Positions 1-13,042 of a stretch of DNA of 64,000 nt are shown piece by piece (position 1 is the first letter of the stretch; each line of letters begins with the position of its first letter). Source of the stretch: Octopus sinensis. Its lineage: Eukaryota. Under the pieces are notes generated by a model. It saw only the letters and a list, made by a program, of their open reading frames with translations, was not told the DNA's origin and did not search any database. The stretch covers positions 992,001 to 1,056,000 of the forward strand of contig NC_043015.1 in assembly GCF_006345805.1 (NCBI RefSeq), written 5' to 3'. The translations under genes and the position numbers were made by a program.

Positions 1-12
1 GAGGGGGCAGCC

Positions 13-14
<2 letters not shown>

Positions 15-90
<76 letters not shown>

Positions 91-113
91 CACACACGTC
101 TACTTATAGTTCG

Positions 114-145
<32 letters not shown>

Positions 146-216
146 TATGTATATATATATGTATATATATATATATATATATATAATTATTATATATATA
201 TACATATTTATATATA

Positions 217-307
<91 letters not shown>
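15..307. repeat. (TA)n microsatellite complex
   Basis: Direct reading; interrupted (TA)n tracts. Confidence 0.95.
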
Positions 308-309
<2 letters not shown>

Positions 310-551
310 GGCTGCCCCCTCGTTATCGAGTATGGCCATTGCACGAAGCTTAACTGTTACTGGTGCTGTGATCGAATGTGACTTTTTAGCCAAGCTAAAA
401 TATACAATGTCTTGTACAAAATTGGCAACTAAAACCTTTACTGGTACTAGCCTGCTGTAGTTGTAACTGGGCTTCATGTACCTTTGCATGTCGTTTAAGT
501 CCTCCTGCCGAATTACACTCTCTTCCACATGCCCGACTGGTATGATTAGTA
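308..551 (-). mobile_element. 3' end of an RTE-like LINE (C-terminal C2H2 zinc fingers, short 3' UTR, (TA)n tail)
   Basis: Minus strand reads ACGRECNSAGGLKRHAKVH...FSCQFCTRHCI then, after a 1-nt frameshift, LAWLKSHIRSQHQ*: two C2H2-type fingers as at the end of RTE/BovB ORF2. About 50 nt of UTR follow, ending GAGGGGGCAGCCAT into (TA)n. Confidence 0.65.
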
Positions 552-554
552 TAT

Positions 555-639
<85 letters not shown>

Positions 640-1224
640 CCATACATATATGAATGCAAGGATGCTTGGTTGTTGAGTTTTTGCGCGTGTAGATGGACAA
701 ATAATCAAGTACACGCAGGAGCTAGATATTTACACACATGCTAACACATGAGCGTACGCATTTGTGTGTGTGTATATGTTTCTATGTGTGTGTATGTGTG
801 TGTGTTTACATTCTTCACGTAACCGAATACTTTAAAGGTACTCTTCGACATAATGTGATGCAGTTTAAATTCTGATTGCGTAATGAATTGTCGTTTTCTT
901 TAATCTACCTTGATCCGCAAATCTGAATGGAACTGGAAAAAAAAAGCCGTATGGAAGCCTTATTCGATGGAATGTATCTGTGAGCTGAACATTTAGCATT
1001 GTAAAAAAACATTGCATTATTTTCGTATGAAGCTCTAATTAAGATTGTGTGAGTGTGTACTTAGCAATCCATCATTTAGTGTCTAATTCTGCAAGCGTAG
1101 TTTTTCAATTAATGCAACATCTATTAACGCGTGGCGAAAATTACTTCAACAGCTTAATGATAATAATAATATTAATATTAATAATAATGATAATAATAAC
1201 AACAACATCAACAACAACAGTCAT

Positions 1225-1388
1225 TTCTTCTGGAAGCAGAAGGCCTCAAATTTGTGAGGGGACAAGTCGACTACATCGGCTCCAGTGTTCGTTCAACTGG
1301 TACTTAGTTTATCGAACCCGAAATGATGAAAGGCAAACTCGGCCTCGGTGGAATTTGGTCTTAGAGCGTGAGAACACACGAAATACCG
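1225..1388 (-). mobile_element. tRNA-derived SINE family A, degenerate copy with older tail type
   Basis: Contains the family core GTACTTA..TTATCGA.CCCGAAA.GATGAAAGGCAAA..CG.CCTCGG.GGAATTTG seen in many other copies in the window. Confidence 0.7.
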
Positions 1389-1575
1389 ACGATGACGATG
1401 ATGATGATGATGATGTGATGATGATGATGATGATGATGATGAGGATGGTGGTGGTGGTCGGTCGTCGTTCGTTGTGGTGGTGGATATAATAGGGTTATGA
1501 TATCGATGATGACGACGACGACAACGGCGATGATGATAAAATATTTTTTTGCGTGACCGTACATGCTTACCTATT

Positions 1576-1623
<48 letters not shown>

Positions 1624-1642
1624 TATATATTATATATATGTG

Positions 1643-1718
<76 letters not shown>

Positions 1719-2292
1719 ATATATATATATGATATACATACATATGCACACGTTATATTCACGTATTCACACCCTGGGATATACGCTCATGTGTGTTTGC
1801 GTTTGACTATTTATATGGTTCACATGCATTGTTGTCTAACCTGTTAGCTCAATACTTATTTTCATGTGTTTCTATAGATGGCGCTTTTATCGCTCTATTT
1901 TACAATGACATGACTATGGCGCGTCCACACATCCTGTATATTAAATTTAGCTAGGTGTCAAAATTTTCCTTCAGCATTATTTACCTTGACCGCCCTCCCT
2001 CTCATTCGCAACCTCATCCAAACTTCACCGTCATTATATATATCATTCGACTTCTCTCTCACTCTAACTCACTTTTTCTCCTTCTCTCTCATTCCCCGTA
2101 TTACACTCCCTCTCACTCATCTCTTTAACAAATTAGACCACTAAGCTTTTTCGTGTAGTTGGTGTGACAATTAATGGCTTTTTTTTTTTTCGTTTTTCGG
2201 TTTTATTCTTATTCCTTCTTTTACGATTATTATATTTTCGCTGTCACTGGGGTGGTTATACATTGTAATTGCCGAGTAAACCAGCAGTTTTA

Positions 2293-2617
2293 AGGCCCGC
2301 TTTCAAATGCTCTTTAACTATTTCCTAATTATTCCTGACATAAAATTATTTATTTTTCCTTGCGCTAAGCGTCCATGCAAATAAGAAACAGAGGCGAAGA
2401 AAGCTCAAGTACGTTCCTCATATTATAACATTCAGTTCACTAAAAAAATTGGAATTGTTTAATCAAACCTTCTGTGTTAGCCAGCTTACGAAAATATATT
2501 TTAGATCATGTTTATCAAGGACATATATGTGTATGTATGGGTGTGCATTCTTTTATTCTTTTACTGGCTTCAGACATTAGTGTGCGGCCATTGTGGGGCA
2601 GCACTTTGAAGAATTTT
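2293..2617 (+). repeat. Local direct duplication, copy 1 (copy 2 at 5811-6150)
   Basis: AGGCCCGCTTTCAAATGCTCTTTAACTATTTCC...GTTCCTCATATTATAACATTCAGTTCACTAAAAAAATTGGAATTGTTTAATCAAA... recurs nearly identically at 5811, including the junction with a SINE-B tail. Confidence 0.9.
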
Positions 2618-3726
2618 ATTCGATAGAATCTACGCCAGTACTTATTTTTTGTTACGTCTGGTACTTAATCAATCGGTTTCTTTGGTCGAACCTCTATGTT
2701 GTGCAGACATGCACACACACGAAAGCCAGTTGATAAACAGTGCTAGGAGACATGCACAGACAAACAGAATTATATATATATATAATAATAATAAAGAAAA
2801 ATTGGAAGATTCCGCAGGAGTCTATATATGGAAAAGGACTTGACAATGAAGAGGTCTTTGAAAGAATTTTATGACTTGACTGGTTGCCCCTTTTTAAGAA
2901 AACGATTTTCAAATGTAAGGCGTAAGGCTTTGCGTAACCTTTGTGGTGTTATAAACTGGTTAACATAGATGTTTTAAGATACAGTGACTCTAAGAACATG
3001 TTAAGAAATAGAATTTTGACAATGATAACATGATAAGGAAATGTTAACAGCGGTTTTATGTTTACATAAAAGTGTTCACAATGATCACTAAAACAAGTTC
3101 ATAATTATTTATAATTTCATTAGAAATCACAAATGTTTATAAGCATATATACAGAAAGAATTATTTGACAGTATTTGATAAGAGAAAGCGTGTATTCCTT
3201 TCGTCAAATATTCATCAGAAATCATAATTGCTTATTAGGTATTTAGATAAATATTTTCTTCATCTCCAGGCTTGTGAAAGATTCTATTTCTTCACATTTT
3301 CTTATCATTGTCAAATACCTTATTACTGTATTTTAATGCATTTTTGTCAACTAATTATTAACATCACAAAGGCTTCACAAAGCCTTGCACTTTACTTTTG
3401 AGAATCTTCTTCTTAAGAAAGTGAAACCGGTCAAATCAATAGACATCTTTAAAAGTAATCTGCATTTTCTAATCCTCTTCCCTGCATATATATACATATG
3501 TATATCAAAAGCAGGACAGAAAGAACACAGCAGACAGAAAACAACATGACACATCATACGGAAGAGTAGACGATAACACGACCAACGATACTGAGAACGA
3601 ACACTAGATATACGTATAATTCGCAGCTGATTTCCTCATCAGTCGGAGTCAGATATATATGCAAAGTAAAAAAAGACAAACATTTAAGGTGGTGCTCCAG
3701 TATGACCGTAGTCAAAGGACTAATCG

Positions 3727-3805
<79 letters not shown>

Positions 3806-4061
3806 TGTCTATCTTTTATTCGTTCTCTCTCTTCAGTCATTTGACTGCCGCCATGCTGGGGCTACACTTTAAATGTTTTTTTTTGTCGAAAAATTCCACA
3901 CCTGGATTCTTCTGTGCAAGCATAGTGCTTCTTCCATCGGTTGTCGAACGATGGTGTGGGAACAAACACTCACACAAAGACAATAACACACCAACAACAC
4001 ACACACATACATACACACATACATATACATACATAAATACATACATAAATACATACATACA

Positions 4062-4121
<60 letters not shown>

Positions 4122-4178
4122 CATATATATATACATACAAATATATATATATACATACACACATATATATACATACAT

Positions 4179-4261
<83 letters not shown>

Positions 4262-4784
4262 TAAGTATGTTTTCGATGTACGTGTATGTATGTGTGAGTG
4301 TGTGTGTGTGTGTGTGCATACATTTGTATATGGATCTCAAAATTGTGTAAGACTCTCTCCTGGTAATGATACTACCACTCCTCCTTACGCGTGTGGTCAA
4401 AATAGAAGTGAATAGAACTAGATAGAAAATAGTCAAAACAGGATTGCCAAGAGAGCACGCATAGAGTTTTATATAATTTTGAGGTTTACACCATGACTTT
4501 TTCAGTTATTATACTATGAGATTTAGTTACTTAACACCAGAAATCTTTTTACTTAATGGATATAAATTTGCCAGAGAATAGAAGGTCTTGCATAACACAT
4601 TTAACCACACGCTTTTAGAATCACCGCCCTCCTTGCCATTAATTCGTACTGTGAAGCAATCGTAAAACTATCCTGATGCACAAGTCACAAACAATAACTC
4701 TCACCGGGGTAATTGTGTCTTTCTTTCCAAATGTCCTGATATGAGCCATCTCATGGAGTTAATCTAACTATTATCTCAACGCTT

Positions 4785-5171
4785 GTGGAGGCGCAATGGC
4801 CCAGTGGTTAGGGCAGCGGACTCGCGGTCGTAGGATCGCGGTTTCGATTCCCAGACCGGGCGTTGTGAGTGTTTATTGAGCGAAAACACCTAAAGCTCCA
4901 TGAGGCTCCGGCAGAGATGGTGGTGATCCCTGCTGTACTCTTTCACCACAACTTTCTCTCACTCTTACTCCCTGTTTCTGTTGTACCTGTACTTCAAAGG
5001 GCCGGCCTTGTCACTCTCTGTGTCACGCTGAATATCCTCGGAGAACTACGTTAAGGGTACACGTGTCTGTGGAATGCTCAGCCACTTTCACGTTAATTTC
5101 ACGAGCAGGCTGTTCCGTTGATCGGATCAACCGGAACCCTCGTCGTCGTAACCGACGGAGTGCTTCCATCC
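4785..5171 (+). mobile_element. Full-length tRNA-derived SINE family C (resembles octopus OR-type SINEs) with 12-bp target-site duplication
   Basis: Pol III A box TGGCCCAGTGG and B box GGTTTCGATTCCC; ATCTCAACGCTT flanks both sides (4773-4784 and 5172-5183); 3' hairpin TCGTCGTAACCGACGG. The family name is from recall. Confidence 0.85.
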
Positions 5172-5642
5172 ATCTCAACGCTTACAAATCCGTACTGAAG
5201 CTGGGTCACATACTTCCCTCAGCACTTACTGAGTGAAAGGAACCTAGCTGTTATCACATATATATACTAGAGCTTTCAGTGACGTTGTCGTTCCGACCTC
5301 ATGACTACTAATTTTATTTATCATACAGAAATACTTCACTGTTCGGCCTTTTTTGATAAAGTTTCACGGGCCTTGAGATTGTTCGTTTCGACATAACACT
5401 TCAATAAATTCCGTGGCACTCATTAATAGATCCTTATTTTCAAAAAATGGAAATTTCTTTTGGTGGTTTTATTACTGATTGCGTACTCTTTGTGTTATTC
5501 ATAGTTATACTAAAGTTATCAACTCTAGATATTTATCCTCATTTATTTTACTTTTATTTCCTGTAACCCGTCAAACATTTCTTAAGCTTTGAGCTTTATG
5601 TGAGTCTAAACTTATGTACTTTTCTTTTCTGTTTTAAAATAG

Positions 5643-5729
5643 AATTTTGGTTTGTGCGAGCCATGTTGCTTACGTCATTCATATTGCTATTGCCACTTTC
5701 GTAGCGTGATTCCTTTCAAATTTGTGAAG
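5643..5729 (+). other. Isolated candidate exon (87 nt)
   Basis: CTTTTCTTTTCTGTTTTAAAATAG acceptor and AAG|GTGAGC donor. Only phase 0 is open: NFGLCEPCCLRHSYCYCHFRSVIPFKFVK. No homology recognised. Confidence 0.2.
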
Positions 5730-5810
5730 GTGAGCATCTTGCAGCGTGGGTTAATGATGCAAAGGACTGGTTGTATACGCATAAGCAGTTTACTTAAACA
5801 TAATTTTGCT

Positions 5811-6150
5811 AGGCCCGCTTTCAAATGCTCTTTAACTATTTCCTTATTATTCCTGACATGAAATTATTTATATTTTATTTATTATTTATTTTCCCTTGCT
5901 CTAAGCGTCTATGCAAATAAAAAAACAGAAACGAAGAAATCTCAAGTTCGTTCCTCATATTATAACATTCAGTTCACTAAAAAAATTGGAATTGTTTAAT
6001 CAAATCTTCTGTGTTAGCCAGCTTACGAAAATATATTTTAGATTATCCTTATCAATAACATATATATGTATGTGTGTGCATTCTTTTATTCTTTTACTTG
6101 CTTCAGTCATTAAAATGCGGTCATGATGGAGCACTGCTTTGAGATATTTT
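5811..6150 (+). repeat. Local direct duplication, copy 2 (copy 1 at 2293-2617)
   Basis: Same sequence as 2293-2617 with scattered substitutions and a short AT-rich insertion. Confidence 0.9.
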
Positions 6151-8253
6151 CTTGCCTTGCCCGAAAGTAGAATGGTTAATGAAAATTTCCACTGCCTTTT
6201 CCAAGTTAGAGCAAAAGAAAATATCTCGTCCCGTAATTCTGAATGGCTTTTTACGCGATATTCAGTATTACTTCATTTCACTGTTTGATATATCATGAGA
6301 TGAAGGCCGTAGGTTTACAGGAACGATCTTACATTCTCCCAAACACTACAGTAGAAAATTAAAATGATGTCATTGTCTAGAATATACGGTAAGTACAGGC
6401 AAAGAGACAAAGTTGAATGGAACAGAGATTTCAATAAAATAGATAAGATCCATGTTTCATAATGTAATTTCAATGACAAAACTATCTTTGCAAATGTTTT
6501 TGAAGAACACTCCAAATATAAGAAGCAGGAGAGGGAAAGTGTATACTATCTGAATTGTTACATACAACGGCTGTCAGAAGAGCCTTCTATCCAAGCCAGT
6601 TACAATGTTCACCCTTGCTGTCAATAGGAGTCTTCAGGATTTGTACGTACATAGAAAAATGAGACTCGAAAACAAAAATCTCGTTAGGTATCGACATTTC
6701 TCACCACCATTCATATTTTGCTGCAATATGAATCTAGCCAAGATTCAACGACCACTCCAATGATTTCCATATTTAAGTCTGTATTCTTTCCACCAAAATA
6801 TTGAAGGAAAATTGAACAGCCGTGCGGTTTTCAGTCTCAGCTTTCGTTCACGCTTCATCTTCGGTTTTAAACATAATGTACGTAATACTATATGAACTGC
6901 TACACCTGTTTAGAAGCAATTTCTCTTCACATAGCAGCAAGAACGAATTTGTTCTGTTCTTTCGAGGGCGTAATAAAAGCATTAAAATGTTGGTGATGCT
7001 CGAAAAATATTCCGATTCCTTATCACACTTGCATGGTTTCTTTCTATTTCTTTTCTTATGGCACGTAAAGACTCGAAACACGTATATTTTCGGTTAGAGG
7101 ACTAATATATAAGGTTGGGAATATGTGAATAAAGATGGTGGATTGTTATTTCTTGCTGCTGACATGGAATTTCGGAATTCGCCAAAACATAGCTTGGCAT
7201 ATGCATGATGATATTGCCGTTGTAGTTTTCATTTGCTACCAAAGATCATCATGTATTAAGAGCAGGATCTGCTTCCTCGAAAATTCCATTGTTAGGTTTA
7301 ACTTTAGTTTTAAACTCGTTGTTGTGTGAAATTCGATTTTCCATGTTTCGAGATAAATAAGAAAATAAATGTGATTAATTAACTGAAATTAAAACTTTGC
7401 TCATGTACATCTCGTAATGGTGAATTTTTAGATTGTTGAAGTCGTTTCCGTATAAATTATTTTTAAAGACATAGGTGTGCTATATCACTTCTTAATAAGT
7501 GATTTAACGCACAAAGATACATCGCATGTTCCTGGCTTTATAACCAACAAATATCACAATACACAAAACAATATAACAGCGCATGGACACTAAAAATCAC
7601 GGAAGATCTTAGGTACTCTACCACCATTGCAATTGAAGAAAATAGAATCCGCCATATAATACTCGGTCTGGATAAAAATGGATCAAACACTAAACTAGGG
7701 CCAGAAGGTACAAAAGAAGTCACGTATTAAAAACAATTTCATGGATAACATACGAGAATCCTAGATTAGCAGACATAAAAGGGAAATAAGATTCTAGAAT
7801 GTACCATCCTATGAAATCATTTGCGATATAATACACAAATATTTTAAGTTATATATCAAGGTATCTTTCAAACATAGAAATATATATCGCACCGAGTTTT
7901 ACTGTGTATTTCGTTTTGTAGTAACCTCATAATATATTGGACTGAAATCAGTTTGTAATTGTACTTTTTGCATACATATTCACATAGACATTGATTCATG
8001 TTTTACTCTTTCTTATTAGGCGATGAGTAAATAGTTTTGAGCTGGACAAAGGAGAAAACTATCAAGCACAATCGCATACACACCACACGCACACACACAC
8101 ATATATATATATTCACCTGTAAATATGTAGGTAGATAAATAGACAAAAAGTTAGATACATACACACTAACACACACACACACACATATATATATATATGT
8201 ATATGTGTGTGTATATATATATATGTACATATATATATACATACATATATAAA

Positions 8254-8325
<72 letters not shown>

Positions 8326-8861
8326 TTATATATACATGTATCTGTATGTATACATATGTATATAGGTAGAGAGATAGATAGATAGATGTTTTATAAAGCT
8401 TAATATACAAAAGACTTATAAAGCTTAACATACCAAATACTTTCGCTGTATTGTATAAATAATGAAAACTACAAGTGGAACGTGGAAAAGACGAACCGAA
8501 AACGACAAACGGATTTGAAAATCCTCTTTCCCACCTCAAGCACAGATTATAACTAAATCTGTCATTCGAAAAAAAACGATCGTTTTTCAAATTAACATTA
8601 ATGTATCCACTAACATAGCATATTCCAGTAGTCATACGTAGGCAATTCTAGAATTTGTGTCTAAACAAACAAAATGCTGATTAATATTTTCGATCGAATA
8701 TCTATCAGAGGAACTTGAAATTAAAATATAAATGACTAATTAAAGATTTATTTCTCAACACATCGTCCCCTATGTTTGAGCATTGGAAGAATGAAAGTGG
8801 ACCCCCGTTATGCTGGAAACAAAACCGTGAAACCTTCATGAAATTTCGCAAACCGTTATAC

Positions 8862-9092
8862 CTATTTCTTTACTACCCACAAGGGTCTAAACACAGAGAG
8901 GACAAACAAGGACAGACACACGGATTAAGTCGATTATATCCACCCAGTGCGTAAGTGGTACTTAATTTATCCACCCCGAAAGGATGAAAGGCAAAGTCGA
9001 CCTCGGCGGAATTTGAACTCAAAACTCAGCGGCAGACGAAATACCGCTAACCATTTTACCCGGCGTGTTGACGATTCTGCCAGCTCGCCGCC
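8862..9092 (-). mobile_element. SINE family A, full length (younger tail type)
   Basis: Reverse complement of the head GGCGGCGAGCTGGCAGAA..GAGTTCAAATTCCGCCGAGGTCGAC, plus core and tail. Confidence 0.9.
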
Positions 9093-9759
9093 AAACGTAG
9101 AGTCTGATAGCTTTCGCACTTACAATAAATCTATTAAGATGTGATTATGCACACACAATATATCATGTGTTTGTTGAAAGATAATAGTCGCAACGACAAG
9201 ATATAGCCTATTTCTAAATAATGATTTTTCACTGTTTGGTTTTCTTTCTGCGCTTATTAAAGTACCATACTTTATTTACTTATAGAGCAAATATTACTTT
9301 TAACCATCCATATATTTATGTAGCTTCGAATACATACAGATACAGATAAAACATTATCTTATGTAGGTGCGTGCTTCTATACGCATACAAGTAATCATAC
9401 ACGCACATACTTTTGTGTGTGAATGTGTGTGTGAGTGTAATTGCCTATGTCTGTACCTACGTTTACATTAATTCACATACACATGCACGTTTAATACAGC
9501 AAATGTCTATATAAACTCACATTCCCACATATGTGTGTGTATATAGGTGTGCATATGCCTATGCGTGTGTGTGTGCGTGTGTGCGTATTCTTTTGCGAGT
9601 GTATGTTTGTTTTATATACATTTATTATGCATGCAGGCAAAACGAATATAGCTGTCCAAATATTTACTTAACTATGTTTAGCTGTGTTAGACGGAGAGAT
9701 GGTTAAGTTAGTTTGTTTTTAGGGATGAAGGGACTACTAGTATCACCACCACCACCACC

Positions 9760-9790
<31 letters not shown>

Positions 9791-11085
9791 ATAATAATAA
9801 TAATAATAATATTTGCACCAACAGGAACGTTACAAAAACAGGCTGACACGCAAATCTGTAGCACAAGGTGAAGACAACGACTCATTCTGACTTAGTCTGT
9901 AAATCTTACCTCGGTGGATATTAAGTAAGGCCAGTCAGGTAAGTTTTAACAAGCAGGTAGATAGGAAAGTTAAGATCGGCATGTAGGTAGGTAGGTAGGT
10001 AAGTAGGTAGGTATGACGGTAGGTAGGTAAGTAGGGAGGTAGGTTGGTAGGTAGGGTTGTTGGTTGACAGGTATGCACTGGAGGTGAAGTAGGTAGAGGG
10101 TGATGCTAGGTGAATGACAACAACACCAGCTGCTTGTTATAGACTTATATGTTCTAGAAGAAGCAGGTGATAACTAAATGATCTTCAACAGACAGCAACG
10201 AACGAAAAAAAAAATAATAATAAATGAAATCCTAATGTAAATTAGTGTTTAAGATGTTTAAGGATGAATTTATGGGATTTGCAACGAGGTTTATAGGTAG
10301 TGAGGACTTTAAAATAGATGAGAAAATTAAAGGATAATAATATGATGTTGGTGTTTGCGTTATCTATTTATTTATTTAGTTCCTTTCGATGGAAAAAATA
10401 AAATAGAATGACTCGCTCCATAATTAAAGATTCACCAAGACTCAACGCCTCTAGCGTCGGACAAACATATTTCAGTTTACTAATTTTATTTACATTTCGC
10501 TGACCGGCCCCGTGGACGGGGAAGCGATAATAGAAACGAATAACTATATTACAATTAAGTGAGCTTTTTATTTTTTTTTAATACGTTCACAATTCTATTC
10601 TTGATATTTTCATTTCTTTCTTTTTTTATTTTTCATCATTGCCTTTTGGGGTCGAGCAGATTACAGATGTAGCAGGCGAGTACCACGAATGATTTGTTTA
10701 TTTTTTCCCCATTCTTTAGGAGAATGCCTGGATTGATGATTTTGTAATTGTTCTGGGGTTTCTTTTTGTTCATTATTATTTACAGCAATTTCTTTTTTCT
10801 TATCTTTAATTAATCTATCATTGGTATACACTTCGGTCATAAATATATAAATATCTCCCCTCTCTCTCAGGAGTCCTTGGATCAGCGTCCTAAGGGATTG
10901 CAGGAAGGGGCAAATTTCTATACAATCTTGTTGAATCTTCATAATGATTCTGTGTCTGGGAAGTTTCTCTAAAAGGCGCAAGGGTGGGACACATTCACCT
11001 TTAATGAGCCATTTATTTTGCTTTGATTACTAATTTTGTTTTGTTACAAGGAAGATCAGCTGTCTCTTGACACTCGCAACAATGT

Positions 11086-11390
11086 GGCACTCCGTCGGTT
11101 ACGACGAAGTGTGTCCCAGAAGAACCGATCAACCTGATCATAAAATTAAGTTGCAAGTGGCTAAAAAAAACCACAGGCAGGTGTCCCTTAACGTGGTTCC
11201 AACGGAGATTCAGCTTGAAATAGAAGCTGACAGAGGTTGGCCCTTTGAAATACAGATAAAGCTCATTTTTGGGAGTTGAGTATTCTACAGCAATGTGGTA
11301 AAAGTACATGACTCGAAAACACAACACGCCATCGGTAATCGAACCCACGATTGTGAGGTGAATAACATAACCGGTAAGGCACACGGTTTC
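11086..11390 (-). mobile_element. Old SINE family C copy
   Basis: GCACTCCGTCGGTTACGACGA, CCACAG..GTGT.CCCTTAACGT.GTT and GGCCCTTTGAA.TACAG match the reverse complement of 4785-5171. Confidence 0.75.
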
Positions 11391-12683
11391 ACTTTACATT
11401 CCAAACGCAAAAGCTGACCAGTGGAAAATTTCCCAGTGATGTCGACTTTATGGAAAATATTTTGTAATAAGAATCATTAGTTTTAATTAACAATTAACAA
11501 TAGTTGAGAAATGTATGGCAGACGTCATCCAATCAAATATTCATCAAAATATTTGTGAGAAGGGAGTTCGAAGTGTGGCAAGTACAGTGACACCACTTCA
11601 TAAATTCTACGTTTCTGCCTTATAAGAAGCATAGATAGATATATTCATATATAACCAAGTAACTGGAAGAGTGAAAATATTCATTCTATTAATTGAACAA
11701 ATAATGTTTCATTTTCTTGAAGGGGTTTCGGTCTTAGGACTGAGACCACATTAGGGCCCCAACAGCAAGTATTTAATTTATTAAATCAACTCTAGTGCTT
11801 AAGTTGTATGTGCGGTGCGCTCAATGTCTGTCTCCTTTGACCAACAGGTAGTTGATAGTTAAATATCAAGTTGTGGTATTAATACATACGCAATATTACT
11901 AAGTTGCACCGGTACAAAAGTATAACACTCGACACGATTTTTACTGGCACAAAAATATACTGATAATATTTTCCTGATATTAAGTGAAATACAATTTTTT
12001 TAAAAATCTATATTTTTATATGGATCAGAGATTAAACGAAACCCATTTTCTAACAGAAATGAAAGAAACCAAATAGATTTTCGTACAAAAATAAAAACGT
12101 GATATGGCATACACATTCAGTTCGAAGTATCTGTTTTAAATAATTTTTTTTCTAACAATGAAACAATTGTGGAATTCACAGATTTTATTTCATCAACATC
12201 GATTCAATAAAAACCTACCAACCTACATACCCGCACATACGAAAGTATGAATATTTATAAAAATGACAAAATATATTAATCAAGATAAAAGGTAAAACAT
12301 TAATTTCATCGAAAAGATGTTTGAGCGAAACAATTATTTTTCAAAAATTACAATATAAGTAGTGCTCGTGCTGCGCGTAACTAAATGTTGCTGTGATGTA
12401 TTTACCACAAAATATCGATTTCAAATTTCGTTTTAGAAAAAAAAAGTTCACGATTATTTATGGTACACTATTAATCGATCTCTCGCATTCTTCTGTGTTT
12501 CTTTCTTCTGTTTTTTTTTTTTCCTTTTCATTTTTCGGTATATTTTCTTTCTTGAATTTTCAGAAACAAAAATCAATATTTTTACATGGGAATTGAACCT
12601 CTTCTCATAAGTTTTGTATCATGTTGCTCCATATGCATCGTTCCCATATATATTTGGTACTGTATTGATCGGTACGTATATAT

Positions 12684-12745
<62 letters not shown>

Positions 12746-12897
12746 TGTATTTGTATATATATATATATATATATGTATGAATGTATTTGTGTAGATATAT
12801 AAACATACACACATACACACACACACACACACCACACACATATATATATATGTATGAATGCATGTGTGTATATATATATACATACACACACATATAA

Positions 12898-12946
<49 letters not shown>

Positions 12947-13042
12947 CATATATATTTATTTATTTATCTATATGTATATATATGTATATATGTATATATA
13001 TGTATATATATGTATGTATATATATGTATATATATATATATA

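Noticed and set aside
4785-4860. tRNA gene calls at SINE heads (here and at 21400, 62316 etc.)
   Set aside because: The A/B boxes continue into SINE bodies, the cloverleaf is incomplete and there is no T-run terminator after the tRNA-like part.
11051-11279. Apparent exon EDQLSLDTRNNVALRRLRRSVSQKNRST* and ORF 11067-11279, with resemblance to RLTRKSVAQ at 9.8 kb
   Set aside because: From 11086 on, the sequence is the reverse complement of SINE-C; ALRRLRR is the SINE's 3' hairpin, so the peptide similarity is coincidental.
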